This document shows positions 9,650 to 20,800 of a stretch of 64,000 nt of DNA, piece by piece. The notes below the pieces were generated by a model. It saw nothing but the letters and a program-made list of their open reading frames with translations. It did not search any database and was not told the DNA's origin. The number at the start of each line of letters is the position of its first letter. Position 1 is the first letter of the stretch. The translations under genes and the position numbers were made by a program. Origin of the DNA: a virus; IMG/VR virus record IMGVR_UViG_3300030406_003049, positions 1-64,000 of that record; one strand, 5' to 3'.

Positions 9650-12600
9650 GAGTAATAGCAAAGAAAAATTCTTCCTTTACATTACAATGCACTAGAGGAA
9701 GTTCTAATAGATTAGATGTTCCCCAAAGTGCTGATTCCGATAAAATTAGATTAGGTCAAATAGTAGAAGGAGATGTTATTCCGGCAGGAACTTATGTTAC
9801 TCACACTAGCCTTAATCCACCATCACAAATATTTTTAGAAACAAATGGCGCAACAACTACACTACCTAACAGTTTTAGTCCCGCTACTCAAACTATTACT
9901 TTCACAAGAACTGCAAGCCAAATGACAAATAATCCAATGTTATATGCTACAAATGTCTTATCACAAAATAAAAGAAACTTTGTTGCGATTACTCCCGATG
10001 ATGCAGGAACTTTAGTATTAACTCCGCTAGGAAGAAGCACTTTGGCTAATTGTTCAATTACAAATGATGATAGATTAATTACACTATCAAGTGGAAACAC
10101 TAGCAACTTATCCGTAGGAGAAGCCATATACAATGTCAATTTACCGGAAAATACAAGAATAGAAAGAATACTTAGCGATACTTCTTTTGTAGTGGACAAA
10201 GAACCAATATCAACTGCTAGTAGTCAAACGGTTATTTTGGGAATGGAATATGAAAATTTACAGACAACAGAAGGATTCAAAATAAAGTCTTATGAAGATT
10301 CTACAGAAACAGGCATTAGAATAAATACGGTCAATTTAGATACTCATTATTTATTCATTATGATACATTCCGATGATTTCAATTCACACCATTTTACTAG
10401 AGTAAAAGAAAAACTTACTGATGATGTTGAAGGGGATTCATTTGAGATTGAAAATCCTTTAGGCGAACAAATACTAGAAGGAACTAAATTTACTTTGTAT
10501 AGTTTACCTATACCAACTAGCAATCACCCTGTTTGCATTGGAGCAGGGATTAAAAACCCAACACATGATTTTCATTGTGCAAAGCCTTTATTTTATTTTT
10601 TTGAAGACCATTCTTCCGAAAAAGACGGCTTGGATTTTGGACAACTATATAGCATAAAAGCGGTAGAAGAAAATTTTACATCAAATGCTACTGCAACTTT
10701 GACTCATGTTAGTAAATTCACTACCATTCAAGACTTTGGTAGAGATATAATAGACAGTAGTAAATATTCACTTAAAGCAAAAATAGTAGATAAATTGGTT
10801 TCACTAGATAACGAAGTAGAACGGGTATATACATCTAATGACTACAACGAGGGTGCTTTTGTGTTTAGCAACTTCGGTGCTTCTACTGTTTTTAATAACC
10901 AACCTGTGCATACTTCTACTGTTTTAGAAGACTATGCCGTAAACTCAAGGAGAGATGCTGACGATAGCATGATAAGTTCATCGGTAGGAAGCGGAACAAA
11001 CAATGTTCTACTAACAGGGCCAACTAGATATGTTCATTATGCTGATTCAAAAGATAAATCAAACTTGACATATAATGTTCTTGATTGTAGATTATCGGAG
11101 TCTTTTGGTAAAAAGGGAACTATATCGGAAATAACAATAGCCGACCCATATAGAATACTTCCTCTTAAATTAAAAGAGGGTGATAAACTTAGAGTAAGAC
11201 ATGAAGTTTTCAAAGGAGATTTTAACGAATTTAAATCCTTTAACGCAAGCGTAGCCACAAGTGCTTCGGGACAAACCTATACAATTAATACAGAATTTGA
11301 CTTAGGTAGTTTCTTGAATGCAGGTGAAGAAGTTAGGGTTGGGAGTAGAATTTTTATTGTAAATAGTTTTGGAACTTTTAATAATTCTACAAAAACACAA
11401 ACGATTACCTTTTTGAATGAAAACAGATTAGAAACAGAATCAGTATTTGCTTCAAGTAGTTATGCTTTAGAAGCAGGAGCAATATTAGAAAGAAGGGCAT
11501 TTAGTAAAATAGATAAAACCCTCTTAACAGACTTTAAAACAATATCCGCAAGAGAAGGAGATATATTTGTTAAGATGTTTTCTTCCGACTTTTCTTACAG
11601 TTATGCAACCGCTACATCAGTAGATGCTGAAAAGAATTTAATTACTTTAGATTTATTTGATAGCGGCTATTATACTTCTACTCAACCTATGACTTTGTAT
11701 CATAATGGAGTGACTCAAATAGATTATATGGAAGGTCAATATGCTATTTGTTTAGAAAAGATTGATGGGGTAATAGAAAAAATTGAAGAGTTTAAAGAAA
11801 ACGGTTTAACTCAAACAAAAATAATAGGCAGAAGTAATGTTAGAAAACTTATTTCTCCATTAATAACAAAAGATGCTTTATTCTCGGAAGATATGATTTA
11901 TTCTTCTAACAGTCCATATAACAAACTTACAGGATTAGGTGTAAACATAAACTGTTATTTCAATACTAATACAATTACAACTTCGGGTTCTATTACTCTA
12001 GCCGCAGGTGATAGAATACATGTTAGATACAAAAGTGGTATGACTGCCTATGTTGGGGAAATCGCCACAGGAGCAACAGGAACTAGTTTTACATTAGTGG
12101 ATTTTTCAAGAGCGCATGTCGGACAAGGTTCTACGGCTTTAACAGGATTCAAGGAAGCAAACAAAAATTATGTATTTAACAAGGCTTTGGCTTCTAATAC
12201 CTATATTGATTCTTTAACGAGCCTTGACGGTGCTTCTAATAAGGGACTTGTTTTTAAATCGGGCAATCAAATTAGTTCTACGGGTGTGGAAGGAAGTAGT
12301 TTGATAGGAACTAGCCACAATACCAACAATAACGCTCTAGGATATAACATAGATAATGCTAAGAAAATGAAAAGCGATTCGCACTTTCAAACTACTTTAG
12401 AAAGCACCGATTTTGATGTTATCAATACCCTAATAGATTTTGAAATAGTTAGTGCTGAAAGCGACGGGTCAAGGGCAACTAATCTTGTTATTGCCCCTTA
12501 TGTTCCTCTATCTTTAGGTAGAGTAGATATTAATTATGCTAATACAAATGATACTACTTATTCCTCCGAAAACATAGGTGATATTTCTTATGATATGACA

Positions 12601-15600
12601 ATGCCTAGAAGACATATTGAAGTTTCTTCTCAAGCAGTATTTGATGGAACTAAAACACTTGGCGATGATGATTTCTTTGAGTCTAAAAGAATAATTAAGG
12701 CTTGTTCATCAGCAAGACATATTAGAGGAACTAGAAATTTACACGGTAAACCTATTTTTATCAATGGTAAATTTTTAGCCAATATCATTCAAGTTAATGG
12801 AGAACATGTCAAGCAGGGCGTATATCCCTTTAATGCAGGAACACCTACTTTAACAGGCTTAACAAAGACACAAACCGATGGCTTATCAACAGGAATGACC
12901 CTACAAGGAACTAATGTGGGAGTTAATAGAATTATCACATCAATTACTGAAGACTCTATTACCCTAAATCAAGCACCAACCGGAACTGTTAGTTTCGCTA
13001 GGTTTGAAAATTGGAGATACCAAAATGTGAATAACTTTGTGGTTCGCTCCACTAGAATATACTTGGATAGAGAAGTCGGTTTTGAAACTATAATGTCTAA
13101 GTCTGTTTCGGGAAGCGACACATTAATTGTAGAATCTACAGAAAAATTATATGTGGGTATGAAAATAAGCGGAACTTCAATAACTGCGGGAACAACTATT
13201 ACGAAGATAAACAGTATTAATTCTATAACAATGAGCGCAAACGCTACAGGGACTAATAGAAGCAATAGAAATTTCTTTTTGGCTCAAGGCATACAAATAG
13301 ACAAACTAGAAGGCCATGCTAAAGAAGATGTGAATGTTTTACCAAAAGCAACAAGGGCAACTAAAGAAAGTTCAAAACTAACACACGAATTAAATCTCAT
13401 AAATGGTTCTCACTTACATACTGCAAAAATGATAGGTTTACTTCACCCTTCTCTTGCTACACAAAACACCTACAATAAAACTCTTTTAATGAATTATCCT
13501 TTAACTGCTTTACAAGACCACGACCAGCATTGTGTTAGTAGTTTAGTTAAGAACTTTAATTTAGATGGAACTACTGATAATAAAGATTTAATTAATAAAA
13601 GTTCACAAGAAGTATTTGGAACTTCTTTATACAGATTATTAAACATAGAAAGAGGGAACTATAATAAAATAATACCAAAAATAGTAGATGTTGATAATGT
13701 TCAATTCTATACAGAAAAACTTAGTAGAATAAGATATTATACTAGTGCTTATAAATTTAATAGGGGTTATTATTTAGATGGAATATTAGAAAATAATATT
13801 ATTGGGACAGATATAACAGGTTTAAGTTATATCGGCACAAATCAAATAGAAACATTTAGTGGCTCGGAGTATATAGAAGCCGCTACGAGTCAAACTCTCA
13901 ATAGTGGAGATGGTTCAGTATCAACTACTGCTTCACCAAGAGTAGGTCAAATGATTATTGCTAATAATATACCGGATAATACTTTTGTAAAATATTCTAG
14001 TTCCGAGTTTCAAAGTCCCAATACAGAATTTATATTGACAAAATCAGGAACAGGAAATTCGGGTGGGTTAATAGCCGCTTCTTGTTTTGAGTTTGATTAT
14101 AAGAGAATGCCGGAAAGTAGGGGTTTTATTCCTGCTACCGGAGATAGATTTTTTGAAATGACTACGCTTGAAAAAAGAAACAATTTCATACTCGCACTAA
14201 CAGGAACAGGGACAACTGCGGCATTACCTTCAACATTAGACATGGGAGTTGGATATAATAACTACCATGACGGTTCTCCTCCTATGGTTTTATATCCTCC
14301 TAATCCAACAATTGAGGTAGAACAAATAGTAGATGATACAGGGACTACATTAGATGGAAAAATAACAAGTCCGTTTTTAATTAAAGATAGGTTTCAACAC
14401 ATAGACCCTAAAGTTGCTAGAATGTTTTTATTCTCAAATGCAGATACAATGCCTTACTCTTCTACAAGAAAGGATAGTCTGTTTTATCAAAATAGCGAAA
14501 GAAAACTTATCAATTACAATATTATGTTTTTGAAAGAAACTAAAGAATCTCCTCATTCGGAAATTAAAGATAGTGTTATCGGAAAAACAAAAACAGTTAA
14601 TAGATTAGACAAAGACTATCACACAAGTATTATTTCTTCTGTTGCTACTGACTCTCCCGATTTATCTTCAATAAGGAGATTTGGAATAATGAGATTAACA
14701 GAAGTAGTGTATGATTTTTGTTTTAATCAATTTGACCCCGAAAATCCACCTAGCGATGAAATATTGATTCCTAAAACAACATTCCCTCATTATCATATGT
14801 TTAGAATGCTAAATAATCAAAACCCTACTAGCGGAAACGCCATATTCCTTACTGATAATTTAAGTCAAGTTATGAGCGTGTTATCTCTAAACCGCAATCC
14901 TGCTTTCTTTGTAAATGCAGGAGATTTAGTATGTGATTCGGAAGGTAGGTATATTGGAACTATTCAATCTACTAGTGTTGGTTCTAATATAACAATAGCA
15001 GATATTAACAGAAGAGGCAATACTGATGAAAAATCCGGCTACAAGACTACTATTACATTAGATGAAAAGCAATTAAATTATCCAAGAGATGCAGTAAACA
15101 ATAGGGCAGGTAGTCTACCTGCAAATCAAAGAACCCACCCTATATTTTTCATAAAAGAAGAAGAAACACAAACTGCTGACGCAAGCCATCTTACAGGTAA
15201 TGCTCAAATAACGGGTATGGGTAAAGATAATGAATTTATAACTTTAGATTCTAGCATACACCTATTAAAAAGCGCAGTAATGAGAGGGTTAGCAGAAGTA
15301 GCAGGAACAACTAATCCTTATGTTCACCATGACGGTCAAGGAGGAGTTTTTGATGCAGGAGGGACAGAAGAACTGTATGGAGGATTTAGGGACAACCATT
15401 CAGCAGGTTATGGTGGAGATGATTCTAACCAAACAGATACGGCCTTTCATTCAGCACATGGTTTTATGACAGGACAAACAATATTGTTTAATGGATTTAA
15501 AGCGGGTAATGGGGCAACTCCAAGCCCAACAAACGATGGAATATTTAATTTTACTAGAGACATAAATGTATGGCTTCCTATTAACTTTGGTTATACCCCA

Positions 15601-18327
15601 AATATATTTCAAGTCGGTAGAAGTCCTAATCCTTCGGAGAGAAGCGTATATGCAACGGGCGCACCATTCCCATTATTTATGGATTATATGGCTACTCCAA
15701 CAATTGCTAGAGATTTCAATACTGGTGAAGATATTTCATTTTCAAATCATGCCGCAGTTAGGCGGTCTTCTAGTGGCGGTCTTCAAAGCCTACAAGATTC
15801 TCAAGGACAAATACTACAGAATTTTAAACCTGTATTTTTGAGCCGATTTAGCATAGCAGGAGGAAAGGGAGCAAAGGCTGATATTGGAATGACCGGAACA
15901 AGAATAAGCGGAACTTCTAAAATGACGAGAACAACTGTAAGTAATCCACAAACAAGAGTAGGTTTTGCTATGAATAAAACCACATCTTTAACCAACGGAA
16001 CAACTCTTAGGCATAGTGGTTTTGCGGCCATGAATAAAGAAGAAACAGGATTTTTTGCTAATGATTATGATAATGATGCTGACGGTATAACCTACGGATT
16101 AAAGCCAATTATTAAATTAGATGTAGGTTTTGAATTAGAAAATGTCACTTTTAGTTCTACTGGAACTGACCTCGCTAAAGCAACACTAGCCGCACCTTTT
16201 GTCATAGAAGCAGATGGATTAGAAAGCGCACAAGCGAATAATTTTAACAACGGTTCTCAAGACTTAATAGACCAAAAGTGCGAAGTTTTCATAGTTAGTG
16301 ATGAAACGAATGGCGGTATTTCTCAACTAACTAATAGTAAAACACCAATCGGAACGAGAATAAGGCAATATACTAACAAACAAACCTCAACTGCTGAATA
16401 CTCTATCAAGATAGATAAGAATGCAGATGCAAGCGGAACTAAAGATATTATTGTTAGCAGGAATATAATGGGAACTCAATGGGCTACTTGTGGAACTAAG
16501 GTTCATGTCTTGTGTTTGACCGATTCGGATTTGAAAGCATTTGGTGTAGGGCATAAAATGTATGGTTCTCTAAATCCTAGTTGGCTAACTAATGTAGATT
16601 TAACGGGTTGTTATTTAGTATCGGAAGAAGGTAGTTTGGTATGGAATGATACAGGAAGTGTGATGCAAAACTTTGCCCCTAACAACGGTAATAATAGTTT
16701 TAGGTCGGGAAGTCATGGGGTTTTTAGAGATAGATATTCTACAAGATTTAGCGTAGATGGTGTAAATCCTAATCATATACTCTATGTTCTATCACATGAA
16801 ATAGATACTACGAGTAAATCAAGACAACATATTATTACAGTTAGTGGAGATTTGCCTACTCCTATTCTTGCATCGGACGCTGCTTCTTGCGTTGCTAGAA
16901 TGAATCACATTCAAAGATTTAGATATTATAGAATTATGCAACCTAATCACACTTGCTTTACAAGTGGTAGTCCTAATAGAATATCAATAAATCAATTATC
17001 TTCAAGATATACTAGAAAACCAAATACTGACGAATACTATGATAAAATAGGACACTATAATATTAAAGATAGCGAAGGAACTCAAATACATGAAAGCAAT
17101 AATGAAGGCATTTTATCTATGTATGTCATAGTAGACCCCGATAATCAGTCTAATGATGGTAATTTAGTTGTTAGAAACTTAAGTAATATGTCCGATAATA
17201 TTCTAAAAGAAGGACAAACCAAAATGCTATTTAGCGATGGAGATAATAAAAACTTCACATCGGTAGGTTTTGAAAAGAAAAATGATGTAGAATATTATAT
17301 TAATATAGAAAATCAAGAAGAACTACTAGGTGTTGTTTCTTGTTCGGAAACCATTTCATTAACTATACCGGAGCAATTGCCTTTTAATCCTAAGAGAGCG
17401 ATAATAGGAACTTCTGTAGATATAGGATATGATACTGATGTTTTAATTAACGATTTAATGGAAAGTAATGGTGCTGAATTTACTTTATCTAGCACAGAAA
17501 CTTATCCACATATTGTTTCTCCTAATTTTACAGGAACAGAACTATTTACTGCAATTGAATTTTTGATGAATAAAAAGGGACAAAGATTGTTAGAAAATGG
17601 AGATTCTTTCTCAATTAAATCCGATGATAATATGACGGATTCTAAATTAGCCTTAACGACTAAATCCGAAGATAACAATATATTTTCTTACTCTAAGACA
17701 AAAAGCCAATTTGATTTGTTCAATGACATAACAGTTTTAGGTAGATTTCATAAAGCGTTTAGACAAGATGTTTCAAGCATAGATAAAGTAGGAAAGAAAT
17801 CTATGAGAGTGTTTGAAGATGAATTGACTAGTCAAGAAGAAGTGGATAAAAGAGCCAATGAATTATTAAGATTACATAACGGAAGAAATTTTAATTTACG
17901 ACTCTCGGTTAATCACAACGGTTTATCACAATTAAAAACCGGAGATGTGGTTACGGTTGAAATACCGGAAGAAAACATACCTAGACAAGATTTCATTGTT
18001 TTACAAATGCAACAATCTTTAACAGGAACTATTGATTTAGAACTAGGAAATTACATTAAAGGTCTTGAAGATAGATTTGCTGAATTAGCGATAGCAAATA
18101 GAAGCACCAACAATAGAGTTAATGAAAATATCATAGATGGTTCAGCAACGCAATTTAATTTTAGGAAATTTATCAAGATAAAACCTATTAGAATCTTGGT
18201 TAGAACCGTTGGACTGACAGGCGGTGTATTTACACTAAATACAAATACAACAACACTAAATACTAACGCCAATGCACTAGGTCTAGGTGCTACCGAGATT
18301 ACTGAAATTTTGGAGGAAGACTTTTGA
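9646..18327 (+). CDS. Giant tail-tip/host-recognition protein (2893 aa)
   Basis: S/T/N/G-rich, repeated beta modules; C-terminal hub-like region 'FNDITVLG...SSIDKVG...LKTGDVVTV'. Confidence 0.7.
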   Translation: MRVIAKKNSSFTLQCTRGSSNRLDVPQSADSDKIRLGQIVEGDVIPAGTYVTHTSLNPPSQIFLETNGATTTLPNSFSPATQTITFTRTASQMTNNPMLYATNVLSQNKRNFVAITPDDAGTLVLTPLGRSTLANCSITNDDRLITLSSGNTSNLSVGEAIYNVNLPENTRIERILSDTSFVVDKEPISTASSQTVILGMEYENLQTTEGFKIKSYEDSTETGIRINTVNLDTHYLFIMIHSDDFNSHHFTRVKEKLTDDVEGDSFEIENPLGEQILEGTKFTLYSLPIPTSNHPVCIGAGIKNPTHDFHCAKPLFYFFEDHSSEKDGLDFGQLYSIKAVEENFTSNATATLTHVSKFTTIQDFGRDIIDSSKYSLKAKIVDKLVSLDNEVERVYTSNDYNEGAFVFSNFGASTVFNNQPVHTSTVLEDYAVNSRRDADDSMISSSVGSGTNNVLLTGPTRYVHYADSKDKSNLTYNVLDCRLSESFGKKGTISEITIADPYRILPLKLKEGDKLRVRHEVFKGDFNEFKSFNASVATSASGQTYTINTEFDLGSFLNAGEEVRVGSRIFIVNSFGTFNNSTKTQTITFLNENRLETESVFASSSYALEAGAILERRAFSKIDKTLLTDFKTISAREGDIFVKMFSSDFSYSYATATSVDAEKNLITLDLFDSGYYTSTQPMTLYHNGVTQIDYMEGQYAICLEKIDGVIEKIEEFKENGLTQTKIIGRSNVRKLISPLITKDALFSEDMIYSSNSPYNKLTGLGVNINCYFNTNTITTSGSITLAAGDRIHVRYKSGMTAYVGEIATGATGTSFTLVDFSRAHVGQGSTALTGFKEANKNYVFNKALASNTYIDSLTSLDGASNKGLVFKSGNQISSTGVEGSSLIGTSHNTNNNALGYNIDNAKKMKSDSHFQTTLESTDFDVINTLIDFEIVSAESDGSRATNLVIAPYVPLSLGRVDINYANTNDTTYSSENIGDISYDMTMPRRHIEVSSQAVFDGTKTLGDDDFFESKRIIKACSSARHIRGTRNLHGKPIFINGKFLANIIQVNGEHVKQGVYPFNAGTPTLTGLTKTQTDGLSTGMTLQGTNVGVNRIITSITEDSITLNQAPTGTVSFARFENWRYQNVNNFVVRSTRIYLDREVGFETIMSKSVSGSDTLIVESTEKLYVGMKISGTSITAGTTITKINSINSITMSANATGTNRSNRNFFLAQGIQIDKLEGHAKEDVNVLPKATRATKESSKLTHELNLINGSHLHTAKMIGLLHPSLATQNTYNKTLLMNYPLTALQDHDQHCVSSLVKNFNLDGTTDNKDLINKSSQEVFGTSLYRLLNIERGNYNKIIPKIVDVDNVQFYTEKLSRIRYYTSAYKFNRGYYLDGILENNIIGTDITGLSYIGTNQIETFSGSEYIEAATSQTLNSGDGSVSTTASPRVGQMIIANNIPDNTFVKYSSSEFQSPNTEFILTKSGTGNSGGLIAASCFEFDYKRMPESRGFIPATGDRFFEMTTLEKRNNFILALTGTGTTAALPSTLDMGVGYNNYHDGSPPMVLYPPNPTIEVEQIVDDTGTTLDGKITSPFLIKDRFQHIDPKVARMFLFSNADTMPYSSTRKDSLFYQNSERKLINYNIMFLKETKESPHSEIKDSVIGKTKTVNRLDKDYHTSIISSVATDSPDLSSIRRFGIMRLTEVVYDFCFNQFDPENPPSDEILIPKTTFPHYHMFRMLNNQNPTSGNAIFLTDNLSQVMSVLSLNRNPAFFVNAGDLVCDSEGRYIGTIQSTSVGSNITIADINRRGNTDEKSGYKTTITLDEKQLNYPRDAVNNRAGSLPANQRTHPIFFIKEEETQTADASHLTGNAQITGMGKDNEFITLDSSIHLLKSAVMRGLAEVAGTTNPYVHHDGQGGVFDAGGTEELYGGFRDNHSAGYGGDDSNQTDTAFHSAHGFMTGQTILFNGFKAGNGATPSPTNDGIFNFTRDINVWLPINFGYTPNIFQVGRSPNPSERSVYATGAPFPLFMDYMATPTIARDFNTGEDISFSNHAAVRRSSSGGLQSLQDSQGQILQNFKPVFLSRFSIAGGKGAKADIGMTGTRISGTSKMTRTTVSNPQTRVGFAMNKTTSLTNGTTLRHSGFAAMNKEETGFFANDYDNDADGITYGLKPIIKLDVGFELENVTFSSTGTDLAKATLAAPFVIEADGLESAQANNFNNGSQDLIDQKCEVFIVSDETNGGISQLTNSKTPIGTRIRQYTNKQTSTAEYSIKIDKNADASGTKDIIVSRNIMGTQWATCGTKVHVLCLTDSDLKAFGVGHKMYGSLNPSWLTNVDLTGCYLVSEEGSLVWNDTGSVMQNFAPNNGNNSFRSGSHGVFRDRYSTRFSVDGVNPNHILYVLSHEIDTTSKSRQHIITVSGDLPTPILASDAASCVARMNHIQRFRYYRIMQPNHTCFTSGSPNRISINQLSSRYTRKPNTDEYYDKIGHYNIKDSEGTQIHESNNEGILSMYVIVDPDNQSNDGNLVVRNLSNMSDNILKEGQTKMLFSDGDNKNFTSVGFEKKNDVEYYINIENQEELLGVVSCSETISLTIPEQLPFNPKRAIIGTSVDIGYDTDVLINDLMESNGAEFTLSSTETYPHIVSPNFTGTELFTAIEFLMNKKGQRLLENGDSFSIKSDDNMTDSKLALTTKSEDNNIFSYSKTKSQFDLFNDITVLGRFHKAFRQDVSSIDKVGKKSMRVFEDELTSQEEVDKRANELLRLHNGRNFNLRLSVNHNGLSQLKTGDVVTVEIPEENIPRQDFIVLQMQQSLTGTIDLELGNYIKGLEDRFAELAIANRSTNNRVNENIIDGSATQFNFRKFIKIKPIRILVRTVGLTGGVFTLNTNTTTLNTNANALGLGATEITEILEEDF

Positions 18328-18674
18328 TAGCAAATAAAATGCAAGATTTATTGGCTACTCAAGTGGTTAGTTTAGTAAATAGTAGTGGAACTGCTAAAGT
18401 TGGGCTAGGTGGAAATAGCACTTTTCCTAGCCAAACAGATTTAGATATACCCATAAGCGGTGCTACAACTACAGTAGTTGCTACTAAATCCGATGAAAAT
18501 GTAGTTCAAGTAAAAATTACAGTAGCGGGTTCTTCTATATCGGGCAAAGTAATTAGAGAAGTTGGTGTTTTTGACTCTTCAAATAACATGCTACTAAGAC
18601 AAAACTTCACTGGAATTGGCCCGTTTTCTTCTACTACAACGGTAGAAATTTTTATATTTTTAGAGGTTGAATAA
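18324..18674 (+). CDS. Small tail/baseplate protein
   Basis: 'GKVIREVGVFD' motif of tail-collar/fibre-attachment domains. Confidence 0.6.
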   Translation: MIANKMQDLLATQVVSLVNSSGTAKVGLGGNSTFPSQTDLDIPISGATTTVVATKSDENVVQVKITVAGSSISGKVIREVGVFDSSNNMLLRQNFTGIGPFSSTTTVEIFIFLEVE

Positions 18675-18675
18675 T

Positions 18676-19956
18676 ATGGTGACAGAAACTAATCCGTTTT
18701 TTTATAGCAAGAATGATACAAACAATAACAGTTATACACAAATAGAAGATGCAGTAGATTTCCCACATACGGGTCTAATAAAAGCCCTAAGTGCAGGTAT
18801 TAGAGGAAACTATGCAATAAGGCATGCCTCCGGTAGTTTTAACATAACCCAAGCAAATAGTAATCCGATGGTTAGTGTTGCTACAGGTGGGGTGTTTTTA
18901 GATAATGAATATAAGACCACTTCTGCGGCTACCTTTGACGATACTGTTTTTAAATATGGAAGCGATAATCCGGTAGAAAATGCTAGATTTTTATTAGTTG
19001 TTCAATCTTCAAACCATACTCTACAAGTAAGGAAAAACAGCACAAATGTTGCTAATAAAATACCTCCAATGACATTAGGAGATGTGCCTATTGCCGTATT
19101 AACATTTACAAGCGGTGGATTTGGGAGTATGCAAGTTCAGTTTTTAACAACAAATAAAGCGGCTAATAGTCTTTCTATTGGATTTGCTAACTCCGATAAT
19201 TATTCACAAACTCTTAGTATTACTGGTAGTGGTTCTAATACCGGAGAGACTATAATAGAATCTCATGCAAACAGACTACATATAAGATTAGACGGTAATA
19301 CTTCTAGTCAATATTTTCAAATAGGCGACCAAAACGGAACAATGAGATTAAGAGTTGCAGGTGATGGAACTATAACTACTCTATTAACTGCTAATAGAGC
19401 ATTAATATCTAACGCAAGTAGTGAATTAGCCGTTTCTCCTGTGACTAATACCGAATTAGCATTATTAAGTGGTGCGGCTTTTGGTATTGGTAGTAATAAC
19501 ATATTAAGGGCTAATGCTAACTTAGCCGATAATGATTTCTTAAGAGTAGATGGAACACAAATAGAAGGTAGGACTGCGGCTGAAACATTAGCAGATATTG
19601 GGGCTTATCCGGCAAGTGGAGGAAATATTGGAGGAAGTGTAAACATATTACACGGAAACAGTTTTAGAGCCGCTAGATTATCTACTGTTTCTGTAAGTGG
19701 AGGAACTACTTTGACGGAAAATACTCATGCGGGCTTTGCTTTGATATGTGCGGGAAATGTCACCTTGCCCGCTACTTCTAGTATTGGAGAACAATATCTT
19801 ATTTTAAACACAACAAATGGTAATATTACAGTAAGTCCGAGCGTTTCTACTAATATTAACGGTGGTAGTAATGGTGCGGCTATAACAGTAGCAACTTATA
19901 ATGCGGTGACTTGTATTTCTATTGGTAGTAATAATTGGATTGCTTTAGGTGTGTGA
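18676..19956 (+). CDS. Tail fibre-like protein
   Basis: G/N/T-rich; C-terminal 'VTLPA...GEQYLILN...NNW' fibre domain. Confidence 0.65.
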   Translation: MVTETNPFFYSKNDTNNNSYTQIEDAVDFPHTGLIKALSAGIRGNYAIRHASGSFNITQANSNPMVSVATGGVFLDNEYKTTSAATFDDTVFKYGSDNPVENARFLLVVQSSNHTLQVRKNSTNVANKIPPMTLGDVPIAVLTFTSGGFGSMQVQFLTTNKAANSLSIGFANSDNYSQTLSITGSGSNTGETIIESHANRLHIRLDGNTSSQYFQIGDQNGTMRLRVAGDGTITTLLTANRALISNASSELAVSPVTNTELALLSGAAFGIGSNNILRANANLADNDFLRVDGTQIEGRTAAETLADIGAYPASGGNIGGSVNILHGNSFRAARLSTVSVSGGTTLTENTHAGFALICAGNVTLPATSSIGEQYLILNTTNGNITVSPSVSTNINGGSNGAAITVATYNAVTCISIGSNNWIALGV

Positions 19957-20792
19957 TTACTATTTATGTAGCAATAGCCGGTTGTTGTGCCGAAGATGAG
20001 GCTAATGCAGGTGGTGGTAGTTCTCCCCCTTCGGGATTAACCCCACCTAATTCAATATATCTTGCTCTTTCTAATGGTGGGAATGTTGGTGTCACTACGG
20101 AGGTTTTTGGTTCTAATATGATGGAGTTCTTTATGAACGGTCTTGGGCCACAAAACCTAACGCCTTTTAGTGGTAAAGCGGGTGCGCCATCAACTATGAC
20201 TATTGTTGATATAACAAACCCTTCTCTAAATGGCGGATTTCATACTATACAATTAACAAATACAATGACTGCTATTGCTTTTAATAGTATTTTTAATAGT
20301 GGTTATAACGGTGCTTTGGGTGCAACACACTTAGACTTTGCACAGTTTTTAATCGGTTGGTATTTAGAATCCCCTAATGGCTCTTTTACTATTAGTAGTT
20401 ATGATATAATATCCTGCAATACTACTATGACTGGTTTTGGCGCATTTTGGAGTGGCGACCCTAATTCGTTTTTCCCAACATCTTTTACTGGCGACCTATT
20501 CCCCCTTCAAGACTCAACGAGTTTTAACAATGCCGCAAATGTGATTGTTCCTTTGGCTCCTACTACTGTAGCAGGTAGTATTGGTGCTAACGGAACTAAA
20601 ACATCTAGTGGAAATATTGGGACTAATACGGGGACTATGAGCGTTATACAATTGAGAAACTTTGCTCCTAGAAGTGGTGGTGTAGCGAGCGCACAAGCCG
20701 GAGAATATTTTTCAACGGTGTATAGAGTTATTTGTAGTGTTGGCGGAAACCAAGAAAGAACATTTGTAGAGCATAGAATTTTACTAACTTAG
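19953..20792 (+). CDS. Putative virion/fibre-associated protein
   Basis: G/S/T-rich; GTG start overlaps the previous stop. Confidence 0.55.
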   Translation: MITIYVAIAGCCAEDEANAGGGSSPPSGLTPPNSIYLALSNGGNVGVTTEVFGSNMMEFFMNGLGPQNLTPFSGKAGAPSTMTIVDITNPSLNGGFHTIQLTNTMTAIAFNSIFNSGYNGALGATHLDFAQFLIGWYLESPNGSFTISSYDIISCNTTMTGFGAFWSGDPNSFFPTSFTGDLFPLQDSTSFNNAANVIVPLAPTTVAGSIGANGTKTSSGNIGTNTGTMSVIQLRNFAPRSGGVASAQAGEYFSTVYRVICSVGGNQERTFVEHRILLT

Positions 20793-20800
20793 GTGATTAA

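Noticed and set aside
210-20696. Minus-strand ORFs of the track within the structural module
   Set aside because: Antisense shadows of long + strand genes, with no RBS or motifs
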